A stretch of 64,000 nucleotides of DNA from Eledone cirrhosa (Eukaryota). Where the stretch lies: assembly GCA_964016885.1 (NCBI GenBank), contig OZ024740.1:412982001-413046000 (forward strand), read 5' to 3'. Position 1 is the first letter of the stretch. Each line of letters starts with the position of its first letter. This document shows positions 11,600 to 24,445 of the stretch, in pieces. A program made the translations under genes and the position numbers. The notes beneath the pieces are model-generated. The model was not told the origin of the DNA and made no database searches. It worked only from the letters and a program-made list of their open reading frames with translations.

Positions 11600-14543
11600 T
11601 CATTCGGGTCTATTTGCTTCTCTCACCCATCTTTCAACAAAATGCTGGGAAGAGAGCACTTCCCTCTCTACCCTGATTTTCCTTTTCAAATGAAATTTGA
11701 AAAAGTTAATCAGGGCATCACCGAAGAGGTAAGTGCTCGTATTCAGCCCTTTCAAACGTGTCCACCATACTATCTCTTTCGCCATGGCCACCAGACAGAT
11801 AAAAACTGCCTGCCCTTCCCGGCTAAAGGAAGAGGGCGGGGAAATCCTCACGATGGACTCAGCTGATAGCCGGATTCGTCCTACACGTGACAGCAGGTGT
11901 TCGACATAAACCCACAAGTCAGCAATGCTCGGACACTGGACGAGTGCGTGCAGGACGGTTTCGTCGCCCTGTGCGCATCTCGGACATGCCCGGCTGACGG
12001 CACCTCCATGCCTGTAGAGTTTATCCCGAACTGGCAAGGCTCCTCGGTAGCACTGCCAGGCCAGAGATTTCTGGAAGTTGTACATAGGCCCCGGCCCGAA
12101 AGTCCGTCCGAAGAGATTGGCTAGTTGATTTTCGTCGACGCCTAGAGTTTCCCCAAGTACGTCGTCGCTCTTCCCCTCCACTAATCCTCTATAGAACACC
12201 AAGGTGGAGTTTCCACCGATCACATTGCCCGATTGGTCGAGGGCTGTGAGCGCCTGAAGACATTCCAGTCTCCAAGCGCTCCCTTTCGGTCTTCGCTTGT
12301 CCCAGAACTGCAGCTCCGTCAAGGAGACGATCTGGGGAAAGACGTGTCTTGCAAACGGCGACCACACCTGATCACCATCGAGGAAGAAGTAAAGATGTCG
12401 TAGCTTGAGCGCATGTCTGCGCATCATCAGCCACGGCATGCCCAGCCCTCTACGTAGCGGGTGTTGATAGCAGATGGACCGCATGACCATCGGAGCGCTT
12501 CCGTTCCACAAAAAGCGAGAGAGAAAACGCTCCAGGGCTGTCAGGCGGGGCATAGGACAAGGTACGACGGTCAGTCGGTAGTAGATGACGGACGCGATGT
12601 ACGCGTTAGCCACCTCCGCTCGACCTTTCAGGGATAGCTTCCTCTCCGCCCATACTGGGTGAGAGAAGCCACCCTGCTCGTCACCTCGTCCCAGTTTTTG
12701 TCCGTCTGGAGGTCCGGACCGAACCAGACCCCTAGAAATTTAACCGCTCCGTCCGTCCAGTGCCCGACGAAGCTGTTGGACGGCATGGACCTGCCTCTCA
12801 GGTGCCGAATTGCAGGCCCAGTGACTTTTCCTAGTTGATCATTGCTCCTGTCACCGCTTCGTATTCTCTTAGTGTAGTGCCGATCGCCTCGATGTGTTTG
12901 GCGTTCGACACCACTACGGTGACATCGTCCGCATATGCTGACACAGATATTCCGCATCCTAGTTCGCGCGGGACGCCCCTCAACGTCTTCAGTTTGTGCA
13001 GTAATGGCTCGAGAGTCAATACGTACAAGAGGGACGAGAGGGGACATCCTTGGCGCACGGAGCGCATGATGTTCAACAGTTCCGAAAGGTGACCGGTCAC
13101 TCTGACCATAGAGCAGATGTCGCTGTGCAGGGCAGCGATCCAGCCTCTGAAGACGGGCCCAAAGCCAGCCGCCCTCAGGACTGCCGCTAGGTAACGATGG
13201 TCGACCCTATCGAAAGCTTTCGACTGATCTAAATTGATCAAGGACCCTTCCGTGCCATGTTCCCTAGCTAATCTCTCTACCGTGTATCGCATAAGGTGGA
13301 GGTTGTCGTGGATGGATCTGTCGGGAATGGCGCACGTCTGTGCCTCTCCCACCATACATTCAACGACAAGCGCCAACCTCTTTGCTCGCACCTTGGTCAA
13401 AATCTTGAACTCTGTGTTTAGCAGAGTTATGGGCCTGAAATTATCTATGTTATCCCCCTTGTTCCGATCCTTTCGCAGCCGCACCACTGCTCCTCGGCTC
13501 ATAGAGCTGGCAATCCTCCCGTTCTGTTGCCAGTTGCAGTAGACGTCCGCCAAGAGGCCTCCGAACAAGTCTGGCATGTGTACGTAAAATTGATAGGGCA
13601 GACCATCCAAACCAGGCGATTTACCCCTTTTGCTGCCAGTCATTGCCTCCCGTACTTCAGCGGCTGTTATCGGCTTTTCGCAAAACCCAGCCTCAGTGGC
13701 CGAGAGCTGCGGCAGTCCGTCGAAGTAGACACTAAAGTCCATCCCTCGATCCGACCCGCCGCTGCCCCCGAACAGCTGTGCGAAGTGTCGCTGAAAAGCT
13801 TCACACATTTTCCCGGGATCGAGTAGCATGCGCCCGTCGTGGTCCACCAAAGACCGTATCGTGGCTTTGTTGCCACGACGCGCCTCCGCCACTCGGGCCC
13901 ATTGAACGGCTTTCGTCCCCTCATGTCTGAGTGCACGCACCATAGCTCTGACAAAACAGCCTTCGTGCTTTGCATTGAAGAATTGGTCAAGGGACAATTT
14001 CGCCAATCGGTACCTGTCAGACAGTTCAAAACGCCTGAGCAGGCTGGTGAGACTCTTGCACCCTCCTCCCCTATCCGCTAATCCCACATAGTCCCATCAT
14101 GCATCTAAGATCCCGTTCCAGTCGCCCACTAACACTATAGAGTGGGACGTTCCAAGAAAGGTCTCCAGACGCCGGAAGAAATCAGGGCGCCCTGCTCCTG
14201 TCGGGGCATAGATGGTCACTAGCCTGAAAGCTTGCCCGACTCCACTGGTCACGTCCAGCACCACCAACTTACCTTCTGGGTCCAGGAAGATGGACCGTAT
14301 GGCGAGATCCAAACTTCTCCGAAAAAGCACAGCAACTCCTCCCCACGATCCAGGACGGCTGGGAGATGCGTACACATCGTAGCCGCCGAGGATCGGTGCG
14401 AAGGCCCGTGCTTCGGAGATTCTGGTCTCGCTGATGGCCACTACATCTATGTTTAGTGACCTGAGGTCGTTGAGCAGGTGGCCCTGCTTCCATGACGACC
14501 CCAAACCACGCGCATTTATGCTGCCTATTCTGAGTGAGGTCAT
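11600..14543 (-). pseudogene. ORF2: AP endonuclease + RT + C-terminal zinc-binding domain; stop, frameshifts and an internal deletion
   Basis: SINARGL, ISET, IYAP, GDWN (APE); KSPGLDG, FRPITLLN, DQSKAFDRV, VRQGCPLS, AYADD (RT); CPRC..HALVQC. The end of the APE domain (SDH region) is missing after DRYRL. Confidence 0.9.
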
Positions 14544-14897
14544 GTTGAAATGGAGTGGAAAAGATGGGAACGACCACTTACCTTACTTGTCGTAGAGGAA
14601 GAATGGTTTGTCCATCCTTCTCAATGCTTGTGGCCTCCTCCGGAAGGATGTCCTTATAAATCCTCCTGGAGAATGTTTGTCGGAAATCTCCGATGTCTTT
14701 GGGGAATTTTTGTTTTAGTGTCGTGGATGTTTTCAGTGTGATGCGAGTGATTTGTATGTGTGGAGGAGGTGTGAACTTTTGGGATGTTGTGTAGTCTTTT
14801 TCTGTGATGCTGGTGTTGTGTTGGATGTAGTGTAATAATTGGTTGTTGTTCAAATTTAATGCTGTGTAGTGTGTATCGTTTTGGTTGTTTTGTTTTT

Positions 14898-16526
14898 TTA
14901 TTGCGTTTGTTGTGTGTTTGTTTCTGTTTCGCTTTTTGGTGACTTTCCTGGTGTAGGTGATGGTGGTGTTGGGGTTAATGATGGTGATGGTGTTGGTGTT
15001 TGTGGTGATGGGGTTGGTGATGCTGCTGTGGATGGTGGCATATCTGTCCTAACTTTTTTGTTTGATTGTTTATTTGTTTCCCTCTGTATTTTGTTTTTGG
15101 AGGGGGAAGGAAGAGAATTTTTTCTTTTTTGGTTTCTTTTTTTCTTTATTCCTGATACAGTTTCCCACTCCTCGTCGTCACAATCTGTCTCCAGTTGTGA
15201 TAGGCCGGGGAGTGGAAAATCCTCCACAGGCGTTAGTTTTGGTTGTGGCGTGGTGGATGGTGTAGGCGCTGGTGCTAGTTCTAGCGCTTTGGGCGGTGGT
15301 GGTGTTGGTTTTGCTACTGTTGCTGGGGTTGTTGCTATTACAGTTGCTTCTGTTGTTGCTGCAACAGTTGTTGCTGCCATCTCTGCTGCTGGTGGTGTTG
15401 ATGGTTGAGTCACTGGGGTGGGTAAGAGAGGCGGCCTCAACCTTTAAGCCTGAGGGAAGAAAGCCCTTAGGTGGGTTCCTTCACCTCAAACGACACACCT
15501 AGGCCTTCTGCTCTCGACGATTACGGTGAGGTGGCTGCCGTCAGTGAGGTCTATTACCTCTGGGATCTCCTCAATGCTTTTTTGGTCCGCTTGGCTCATG
15601 AGCTCCATCCCTGATCCGGACCAGTACTCCTGCTTTTCTTTCGCTATTTCGATTATCTTGGTGTTGGGTTCGATGCCGGCGATGACGGCAGCAATTAGCC
15701 AGGGAATTTCGATCGCAGGTGGAACGTGGGTGACCCTGATCTTTACGAGTCTCTGGCCCCAATAGCTTGGGAATAGTGTGAAGTCGTCACTTCTTAATGG
15801 GGCCATGGAGTATTCTCTAGCCTCCTGTGGTGTTTCAAAGAACACGTCCACGGTTCCATATTTCTGTCCACGTCTGATGTGGGTTTTTTTTGCCCACACA
15901 TGTCCCAAAGCTTTTGGGATTTGGGACTCGGATGCCCGTTCCACTCGGTGCGATTTTATATTAATTGTTCGATAAGACACGGTGCATAGGTGTCGATGCT
16001 CCATTTAATTAGGTGTGTGGGGGGGGGGCTGACCCTGTACCCATCTTTCTTTACCATTTTTTGGCTTCTTCTAATTCCTCCTGAGTTACATGAAATGCTT
16101 CGCACTGTTTTGCTCCTCTGGCAAAACTCAGGGTGGTTTTCTTAATGTCATTGTTGCTGTTGTTGTCATCGTTATTTTTGTTATTATTAATTTTTGTTTC
16201 AGTTGTGGTTGTGGTGGCGTCAGTGGTTTTCGGTGTGGAAGAGTTCATTTTGGTTGAATTCATTTCGATATCACGAGTTTTTATTTTTTATTTTGTTTCT
16301 GTTGTCGCTGTGGTGGTGGGGTGGTGGTTGTCGCGGTGGTGGTGGTGGTGGCGGCTTTAACACCTGCAGTCATTGGTAATGGCGGGAAATGAATGTCTGC
16401 CTGAGACAAATTTAAAATAGTGCTACTGCTTATATTTTGAGTGTTGGCAAACGTAGTAATATTTACAATGGTGGTGTCGGTGTGAGGTGTTAGTTTGTGA
16501 GGAAGGTGTGACTTTGAGTCGTCCAT
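14898..16526 (-). pseudogene. ORF1 (gag-like), fragmented
   Basis: Fragments 16281-16526, 16051-16263, 15486-16004 and 14898-15440 lie upstream of ORF2 and are homologous to 559-1910; Pro/Thr-rich, WETVSGIKKKR. Confidence 0.7.
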
Positions 16527-16740
16527 GATTTTTCAAAGAAAAATCTCTGTGTGATAATTTTAAAAGTTTAAATTTTGGGCTCAAGACCCCAATCTTTTTT
16601 AGTGTCCTTTTCAGAAAACAATGTATGTGCACCTATATACAGTTAACGATAAAAATATTCCATAAAGGGTAATTTTAAACAACTGAAAATAACAAACCTT
16701 TGCGGAGCTCACGGTGATACGATTTACTACGTAGGTCGCC

Positions 16741-16756
16741 AATAATAATAATAATG

Positions 16757-16796
<40 letters not shown>

Positions 16797-16808
16797 TAAT
16801 AATAATAA
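16741..16808. repeat. (TAA)n microsatellite
   Basis: Direct sequence. Confidence 0.95.
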
Positions 16809-17544
16809 AGAGGAGAACTTAAAAAGGCTACAGAAGGAATGTTAATGGCTGCGCAGGAGCAGGCCCTCAAAACGAAGTGATTGAAACACCACATTTACAA
16901 GGAGGAGGCTAGCCCACTGTGCAGGATCTGTGGAGAGAGAGAGGAGACTGTGGCTCACATTGTATCCGAGTGTAAACACCTAGCCCAGACTCACTATAAG
17001 GGCTGGAGACATGATGTGATGGGCAGGGTGATCCACCCGCACCTATGCAAAGTAAACAATTTACCGCATTCTGAGAAGTGGTATGAGCATAAGCGAGAGT
17101 CGGTGATAGAAAACGGAGTTTAGGATCCAGACGGACAAGAAACTGGAACGCAATAGGCCTGACTTGGTGGTTTTGGACAAGGAAAAAAGATCATGCCTGA
17201 TTGTAGATGTAGCCTGCCCATTTGAGACGAGAGTGAAAGGGAAGGAGAGGGAGAAAATTGACCGATACCAGGACTCATGTGGGAGGTAAAAAGGATTTGG
17301 AACTACCATGAAGTCAGAGTCGTCCCGATTGTCATAGCTTCACTTGGTACTATCTCAAAGAGCTTCCAAGGATGGTTAAAGAAATTAGCCCAGCCCCGCT
17401 TTTTGGAACACTTCAAAAGGCATGCTTGCTGGGAAGAGCAAGAACACTCCGAAACGTCCTGAATATCTGAGGCTGCAGGTAGCGGTTTGATGTTCATTTG
17501 AACAAACTTTCCATTTAAATAACATCAATGACTGAGACTCAAAG
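16809..17544 (+). mobile_element. R4/Dong family B, short 3' fragment
   Basis: Matches 10535-11290; (TAA)n on both sides. Confidence 0.92.
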
Positions 17545-17556
17545 AATAATAATAAT

Positions 17557-19382
17557 CAAAAAATCACTGGAAGCTGGAGAGGGTAATATTAATTGCGGAA
17601 TATTTCAGGGTGACTCTTAATCACCGCTATTATTCTGCATCGCACTTATACAATTAAGTAAAATGCTCAATGAAACAAAACATGGATGTAAAGTCTATGA
17701 CAAAACCATTAATAACTTGTTCTACATGGATGACCTGAAACTATTTGCAAAAAATGATGAGCAAGTGCAAGGGCTATTATCCACTGTGAAGCAGTTCAAT
17801 GATGATATTAAAATAGAGTTTGGACTAGATAAATGCGCCAAAGCCCAGTTCACAAGGGGAAAGTTCCTGAGAAGTTCAGTCATTAATCTTGATCGGGGGA
17901 ATGTGATAAGAGAACTTGATCAAGAGGAAACTTACAAATATCTAGGTGTTTGTGAAGGAGACGGACTCAAGCACTCGACAATGAGGGAAAGGAAGTAATG
18001 TTTCCGCAGAGTAATGCAATCTTAAGAAAGGAATTGAATGCAAGGAATAGGATCGATGCCATAAACACGCTTGCAGTATCAGTAGTAACCTACAGTTTCA
18101 ATGGCATTAACTGGTCAAGCAGAGAGATACATAGACTTGATACAAACATTTGAAAATTCTTTACCAGGCACATAATGCATCACCCTAAGGTAGATACAGA
18201 TAGAATATATCTCCCTAGGAAAGCAGGAGGACGTGGATAAATCCAGTTAGATGTTGCTTGGAAAACTGCAACAATTGGATTATCTACATATCTAAGGGAA
18301 TCACATGATTAGATGACCAAACTCGTTTAGAAACATTAGAGCATCAAAAGATCATACTCTATTACAAAGGATGCACAAAAATACAGTAATGGACTACAAA
18401 TCTCAGAATTTCCATTTACTGCTGAAATGAAAAACACAGAAAACGCAAAGTAGGTAAAAGTAACTGCAAAGAAAGGACTGCTACAGTATCTGTCTAAGAA
18501 ATGACAAGAAAAGCCTCTGTATGGAAAATACCCAGAAAGAGCTTACAATCCTGATGTTGACAAACCTTTAACCCATCAGTGGTTGGCATCCTCTGGACTG
18601 AAATCGGAGACTGAAGGACTGATTATATCACCGAAGGATCAGTGTCTGCCAACAAAAAAGTATCAAGCCCACATAATAAAAAATGGATACAACTCATTAT
18701 GCCCTATAATAAAAAACAACCAGAGACCATTGATTATATAATTTCAATGTGCAGTCCTATAGCTCCAACCGAATACCTAACAGGCACCACAGAGCTGCAT
18801 AATACGTACATTGGATAATATGTAAGCATTTTGACATGCCCCATCAAAAGAATTGGTGGGAGCATCAACCACTTCTTGTACTTGAAAAAGATCACATCTC
18901 AATCTTGTGGAACTTTAGCATCCAAACAGACCGAAAAATAGATACAAATAGACGTGGATACTGAAGGACTTTAAAAGGTTGGTATGCCTGCTAATTGATA
19001 TGTCCGTTCCAATAGACAAGAATGTATCTATATAAACATTTGGAAAATTGATAGAAATTGGAAAAATGTGGAAGTTGAGAACTAAAACAATACAAGTGGT
19101 TGAAGGCGCTCTAGGAATGATACCCAAGGGGTCTAATGTTTACTTATCGCCAATTCCAGGAAACCCGCGTATAGAAGAAATTCAAAAGATAGTACTAATG
19201 GGAACTGCCCATATACTAAGGAAGATTCTATCAATATAAGTACATCACAAGTCTAAACACCTAAAGATGCATGTGTGTGTGTGTATGTTCTTTCTTGAAC
19301 ATGGCGTATCTTGTTGTCTCTTGAGGTCACTTGCTGTGACTTGGTGATAACTCGTATGAACATAAAGCAAGATAAATGCAAC
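17557..19382 (+). mobile_element. R4/Dong family A, 5'-truncated and degraded
   Basis: Colinear with 2690-4532 (LFYMDDLK; same 3'UTR); (TAA)n on both sides. Confidence 0.92.
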
Positions 19383-19563
19383 TATAATAATAATAATAAC
19401 TGATAACTAGTTATCGCTCTACATGGCTGAATACAATAAATGTTATTTGAGTGGCTCATTCAACTGGCATGGCTTATAAAAGAGCCTGTTTGCATAATTG
19501 CAAACGTATCGAATTGTATTATTAATATTGGAAAAACTCAGATTACATGTATATATATATATA

Positions 19564-20265
19564 TACTAGTATTAAAGCCCGGCGTTGCTCGGGGTCAGTA
19601 AGTTTCCAAAGTTAGGTTGCACCACCCATTTTATGGCAGCACTTTTTTGTCTGCCAGGCACTGGGTGAATAAATTGCAGACCAGGACTGCCGAAGCAGGC
19701 GCTGCGCCAGCAGTGACAATTGTAGTTTCGCCTATGGATATTTGCTCTGTGCAAAGAAGTGTTGAAATTTATTGTTTCACAGTACTTGCGCAACACGCAC
19801 GTGGACGATGCCAGCCGAACAACAGAGCTGCGGTGGTGGAGTTGTTCTGCATGGTTGTCTAATGTGTGTTTTCTAAATTTAAGACAGTAGGGAGGTGTGT
19901 GCTATGGGGGAGAGTTAGCTGCTGTTTCTAGCAGGTTTAGTGACCTCATAGAGGATATGTTTTCTAAATTTAAGACAGTAGGGTGTGGTGTGATATGGGG
20001 GAGAGTTAGCTGCTGTTTCTAGCAGGTTAATTACCTCATAGAGGATATTATTGTGTATAGTAAATGAACTGATACTTCTTTCTTCCACGTTCGTTGATAG
20101 ATGTTTTAAAAAAGATTTATCGCTATTTTTTTCTTGTTGTTGAATAAATTTATCTGTTGCTGCTTTTGAATTATTGTTGTTTCGTATGAAATGTAATAAG
20201 TTCTCTTTGTCATTGAAGTAAATAAATGATAAATGTTTGACCGTTCCACCCTCAAAAACAAACGC

Positions 20266-20356
<91 letters not shown>

Positions 20357-20593
20357 TAAAGTTTAAGGGGATAACTGATTGTATTAGAGGGGTAAAGCGT
20401 CATGTATTTATTTTATCGATTATTTCCGTAATTGTGGGTGACTGTGAAAGAAATAAATAGTGGGGGACCTCAGTTATAGCATTTACAATATTCTTACTGA
20501 CATTGACTCGAATCGGTTTGAAATTCTGAAAATGTATAAACATGGAACATGCACACACACACACACAACAACAGCAATCTGCCTTTTTTAGAT
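19564..20593. mobile_element. Possible Helentron-associated (HINE/DINE-1-like) non-autonomous element with internal insertions
   Basis: Begins actag..cccggcgttgctcggg (terminal hairpin) next to (TA)n; internal (CT)n and (CA)n; ends ..ctgccttttttagata. Assignment rests on general architecture only. Confidence 0.4.
19867..20048 (-). repeat. 91-bp tandem duplication containing the 3' half of an HDV-like ribozyme-type motif
   Basis: On -: tcctctatg..ggtcact..ctgct-agaaac-agcag-CTAA-ctctccc (L3-like, P4 hairpin, J4/2). The 5' P1/P2 strands are absent. Confidence 0.45.
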
Positions 20594-20710
20594 AATTGTT
20601 TCTACTTTGGGTACAAGGCCAGCAATCACCTAGTGTATTACTGGTACTTTATTTTATCGACACCGTAAGGATGAAAGGCAAAGTTAACCTCGGCGGGATT
20701 AAAACTCAGA
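20594..20710 (-). mobile_element. tRNA-derived SINE, 3' portion
   Basis: Matches 44780-44965. Confidence 0.8.
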
Positions 20711-20805
20711 TCATGCATTTTATAGATAATGATATATACATATATATATATGTAAAATAAACTAAAATAAATAAGTCAAATATTTAAAATTTGACTTCGT
20801 TTATT

Positions 20806-20860
20806 ACTGCTATATATATTTCGGTGACAGCCATCTTTGGCTGTGACCTCTTTAGGCAGT
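20806..20860 (-). ncRNA. Hammerhead ribozyme copy with mutated core (CTAAAGA)
   Basis: Reverse-complement partner of 22381-22435. Confidence 0.65.
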
Positions 20861-22380
20861 CCGAATTAGTGTGGTAGAGACGAGTACACATGTTGTTGAG
20901 GTGTTTCACTTTGTCAATACTCTGATATGCCCAGTTCCTGGTTGGGTTGTTATTTCACTGAGGAACTGGAATCATATGAATTTAAACAAACGAATTTCAG
21001 CATCAAAAGACATCTTCTCATCCCATTGGTCAGTTGTGAGAACATTCCTCAGTCAAAAGTCTATAGAAATTCGTTCGGAGGCGAGGCAATCTGTAGTGGT
21101 TGTTCCTGTTATTGTTAAGTACATCTGACCTCTACTCTTATGTTGGTAGTGGTGTTGGTGTTGTAGACAGCTCAAAAAAAGGATAAAGTGGTAGAAGGAA
21201 TAAGATGGTAAACGAATAAAATAAAATAACATAATCAAATAAAATTGTGCCATGCATAAGAAGAAATAGAAGGTAATAAAATGAAGAAAATAGAAAATAA
21301 ATGTAAAATAAAAATGAAGATTCAAATAAAATAAAATGTGTGTATGTTATAACCAATCTCAAAGTTAGAAAGATTTGTAAGGTCACTCCTCCCATTGGTC
21401 AGTTGTGAGAGCATTCCTCAGTTAAAAGTGTATAGAAATTCTTTCTGGGGTGAGGCTACCTGTAGTATTTGTTTTTGCTATTGTTAAGTACATCTGACCT
21501 CTACCCTTATTTTGGTAGTGGTGTTGGTGCTGCGGTCAGCCTATGTCTTGCTGCTGCTGACATTAAGAAGTATCTGTGTGTGTTTGTTATAACACACACA
21601 TTTTATTTTATTTGATACTTGATTTATATTTTTCATTTATTTTTTATTTTCTTCATTTTATTGCCTTCTATTTCTTTATATGCATGGCACAACCCCCACC
21701 CACTCCCACCACCACCACCACGAGAAATGGTGCCAGCTTAGATGAAAAAACACACACAGATACTTCTAAAAGTCAGCAGCAGCAAGACCTGGGCTGAACG
21801 CAGCACCAACACCACTACAAAAATAAGGATAGAGATCAGATGTACTTAACAATAGTAAAAACAAACACTACAGGAAGCCTCATCCCAGAAAGAATTTCTA
21901 TAGACTTTTGACTGAGGAATGCTCTCACAACTGACCAATGGGAGGAGTGACCTTACAAACCTTTCTAGCTTTGAGATTGGTTATAACACACACAAATTTT
22001 ATTTTATTATCTTATTTTATTTCATTCTTTTACCATCTTATTCCTTCTACCACCTTATCCTTTTTTTGAGCTGACTCCAACACCAACACCACTACCAGCA
22101 TAGGAGTAGATGTCAGATGTACTTAACAATAGCAAGAACAACCACTATAGATTGCCACGTCTCAGAACGAATTTCTATAGACTTTTGACTGAGGAATATT
22201 CTCACAACTGACCAATGGGATGAGAAGATGTCCTTTGACGCTGAAATTCGTTTGTTTAAATTCATATGATTCCAGTTCCTCCGTGAAATAACAACCCAAC
22301 CAGGAACTGGGCATATCAGAGTATTGACAAAGTGAAACACCTCAACAGCATGTCTACTCGTCTCTACCACAATAATTCGA

Positions 22381-22435
22381 ACTGCCTGAAGAGGTCACAT
22401 CCAAAGATGGTTGTCACCGAAATATATGTAGCAGT
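22381..22435 (+). ncRNA. Minimal type I hammerhead ribozyme
   Basis: actgc-CTGAAGA-ggtcaca..tgtcacc-GAAA-tatatgTA-gcagt: stem I actgc/gcagt, stem II, short near-palindromic stem III. Confidence 0.85.
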
Positions 22436-22581
22436 AATAAACGAAGCCAAATTTTAAATATTTGATTTATTAATTTTAGTTTATTTTACATTACTCCGGA
22501 GTAACCAAACCAACCTACGCACTTCATCGAGTGGTCCAATCTGCACACTGAAGTGTAGTATACAACCAACATAGTCTCAAA

Positions 22582-22638
<57 letters not shown>

Positions 22639-22849
22639 CACTCATATATATATATGTATACACCCCCCCCACACACACACACTCACGTATGGGCCTCCCA
22701 ATTTTTTACATTATATACATGTCTGTGTATATTTTGATTATTTGAAAATTATTTTAAAGTGGACATGATTTACCAAAAATATCTTTAAGCGAACTTGACC
22801 CAACGTATCACGGATAGTCTAGTATAGATATCTATGTATATATATATAT

Positions 22850-22990
22850 ATAACGAAGGAGTTGTGGTAAGGAACCAGATGGACCATAACGCACCAAAGG
22901 ACTCAATACGTAGTGTAGCAGAGTGCGTGATAGGGAAAAGTATGACCCCGACGGCAGAACTCAAGCCGTTTCGACGGCTACTTCTGAAAT
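22850..22990 (-). mobile_element. 3' end (tail + half hammerhead) of a Penelope-like family also found at 40433-40629
   Basis: Homologous to 40433-40570; on -: GAAAcggc-loop-gccGTC; begins at (TA)n. Confidence 0.65.
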
Positions 22991-23248
22991 ATGTGCATGT
23001 ATGTATATATATATATACATACTACTGTCCGTCTGTATACATATATGCATGTACGTATACATACTTATGTTTAAGTAACAGCCGTACTAAGAGTGAGAAA
23101 TGAAATTTCGTTTCATTTTTTCCGTTTATCGTTTTCGGTATGCCCGGCCGATTAACTCACTCGATATGCAAATTAGGCTGCTCAGCCGTTAATATGCATA
23201 AGGAAAGTATATACTTTCAGACTTTCAATCATCTGGCAGGAAGGTATA

Positions 23249-23289
23249 CGTTGCTGACGATAGCTAATAAGCTTGAAACTAGTACAGCG
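23249..23289 (+). ncRNA. Minimal type I hammerhead ribozyme
   Basis: cgttg-CTGACGA-tagctaataagctt-GAAA-ctagTA-cagcg; palindromic ACTAGT stem III typical of dimer-cleaving PLE hammerheads. Confidence 0.8.
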
Positions 23290-23508
23290 CTCCTTTGTCA
23301 GTATTGAACAAATGAGCAACGATGGTTGCTAGACACTGTACGGCCTAATTCGGGATGTTTGTTTAAAATAAATGTTCGGTGAATCCATACGTGCATATAT
23401 ATATGTGTGCATGTATGTATATATATATACATACTACTGTACGTCTGTATACATGTATGTATGTACGCATACATACTTATATATATATATATATAATCTC
23501 TCTCTATA

Positions 23509-23574
<66 letters not shown>

Positions 23575-23577
<3 letters not shown>

Positions 23578-24445
23578 ATTGGACATATCCACAAAGTACG
23601 ATCAAAATATCGATAGTCGGGTCTAGAAGAATTTTGGTAAAGTTTATATACATTTTTTCTTAATTTTGTAACATATTCATTTTTTCTACGACTAAGGAGA
23701 AGGAAATTTGGATACAGTTTATCTGTCTGTTCTTCGAACTTATAATTTTATATAGCTCTGATTGATAATTATTTGCTTAATTAATTTTTTTCATTGAGCC
23801 ACACCGTGGAAGGTTGCCACACTCATATATGTACCTGTGACTATGTCTATATATATACATATATATCCTTATGAATTTATTATATACTCCCTTTCGGTTG
23901 AGTAAACCTTAGGCGGTAAATAACTGCTCCTTCTCGCAGCAAACCTACCTGCCATCCGCCCTACCCTTCACACCCTTCTACTTTGACCGCTAGCCACGTG
24001 ATGATTCTTATCCATTTTGAATTCATTTCTGGCGGCGATCACTGTAGAAATCTTTGTCCTAACTGAGGGAGTCTTTTGATAAGCTCGAAACCTCTTGGAT
24101 TGGACATATCCAGAAAGTACGATAGAAACTATCGATAACCGGGACTAGAAGAACTTTGGGAAAGTTTATATACATTTTTTTCTTCAAACTTGCATTTTAG
24201 ACTTAGCTCCGTTTAATTGATTATTTGTCTAGTTAATTTCTACGGTCTAAGAGGAACGACTAGGTAAATTTTATGTGGCTGTTCCTCACAAGGGATAGTC
24301 TGTGACATTTATCCGTTATTTCTTCGAAGTTACATATTAAACTTAGCTCCGTTTTAATGAGTATTTATCTAGTTAATTTCTACAGACTAAGAAGAAAAAT
24401 TGGATGTATTTTGTCTGACTGTTCTTCAAACTTATAATTATATAT
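23575..24445 (+). mobile_element. Degraded Penelope-like terminal repeat region with direct repeats and a degenerate hammerhead (~24056-24105)
   Basis: ggattggacatatcc.. repeated at 23576 and 24097; gtcctaa-CTGAGG-gagtctt..aagctc-GAAA-cctcttgga-ttggac; (TA)n flanks. Confidence 0.5.

Larger units (their letters stand above)
11328..16740 (-). mobile_element. Tx1/L1-like LINE (ORF1 + APE-RT ORF2), both ends present, inactivated
   Basis: 3' end cccttgtggttAATAAAgaaaac followed by (ATT)n; 5' end abuts (AAT)n at 16741; ORF2 motifs as listed in the next feature. Confidence 0.9.
20751..22581. mobile_element. Non-coding Penelope-like hairpin element: inverted arms (~20751-21560 / ~21760-22490) plus a ~90-nt tail on the right, within (TA)n
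   Basis: Arms are reverse complements (mirror ORFs 20871+ and 22370-); each arm has a hammerhead; (TA)n flanks. Confidence 0.8.
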
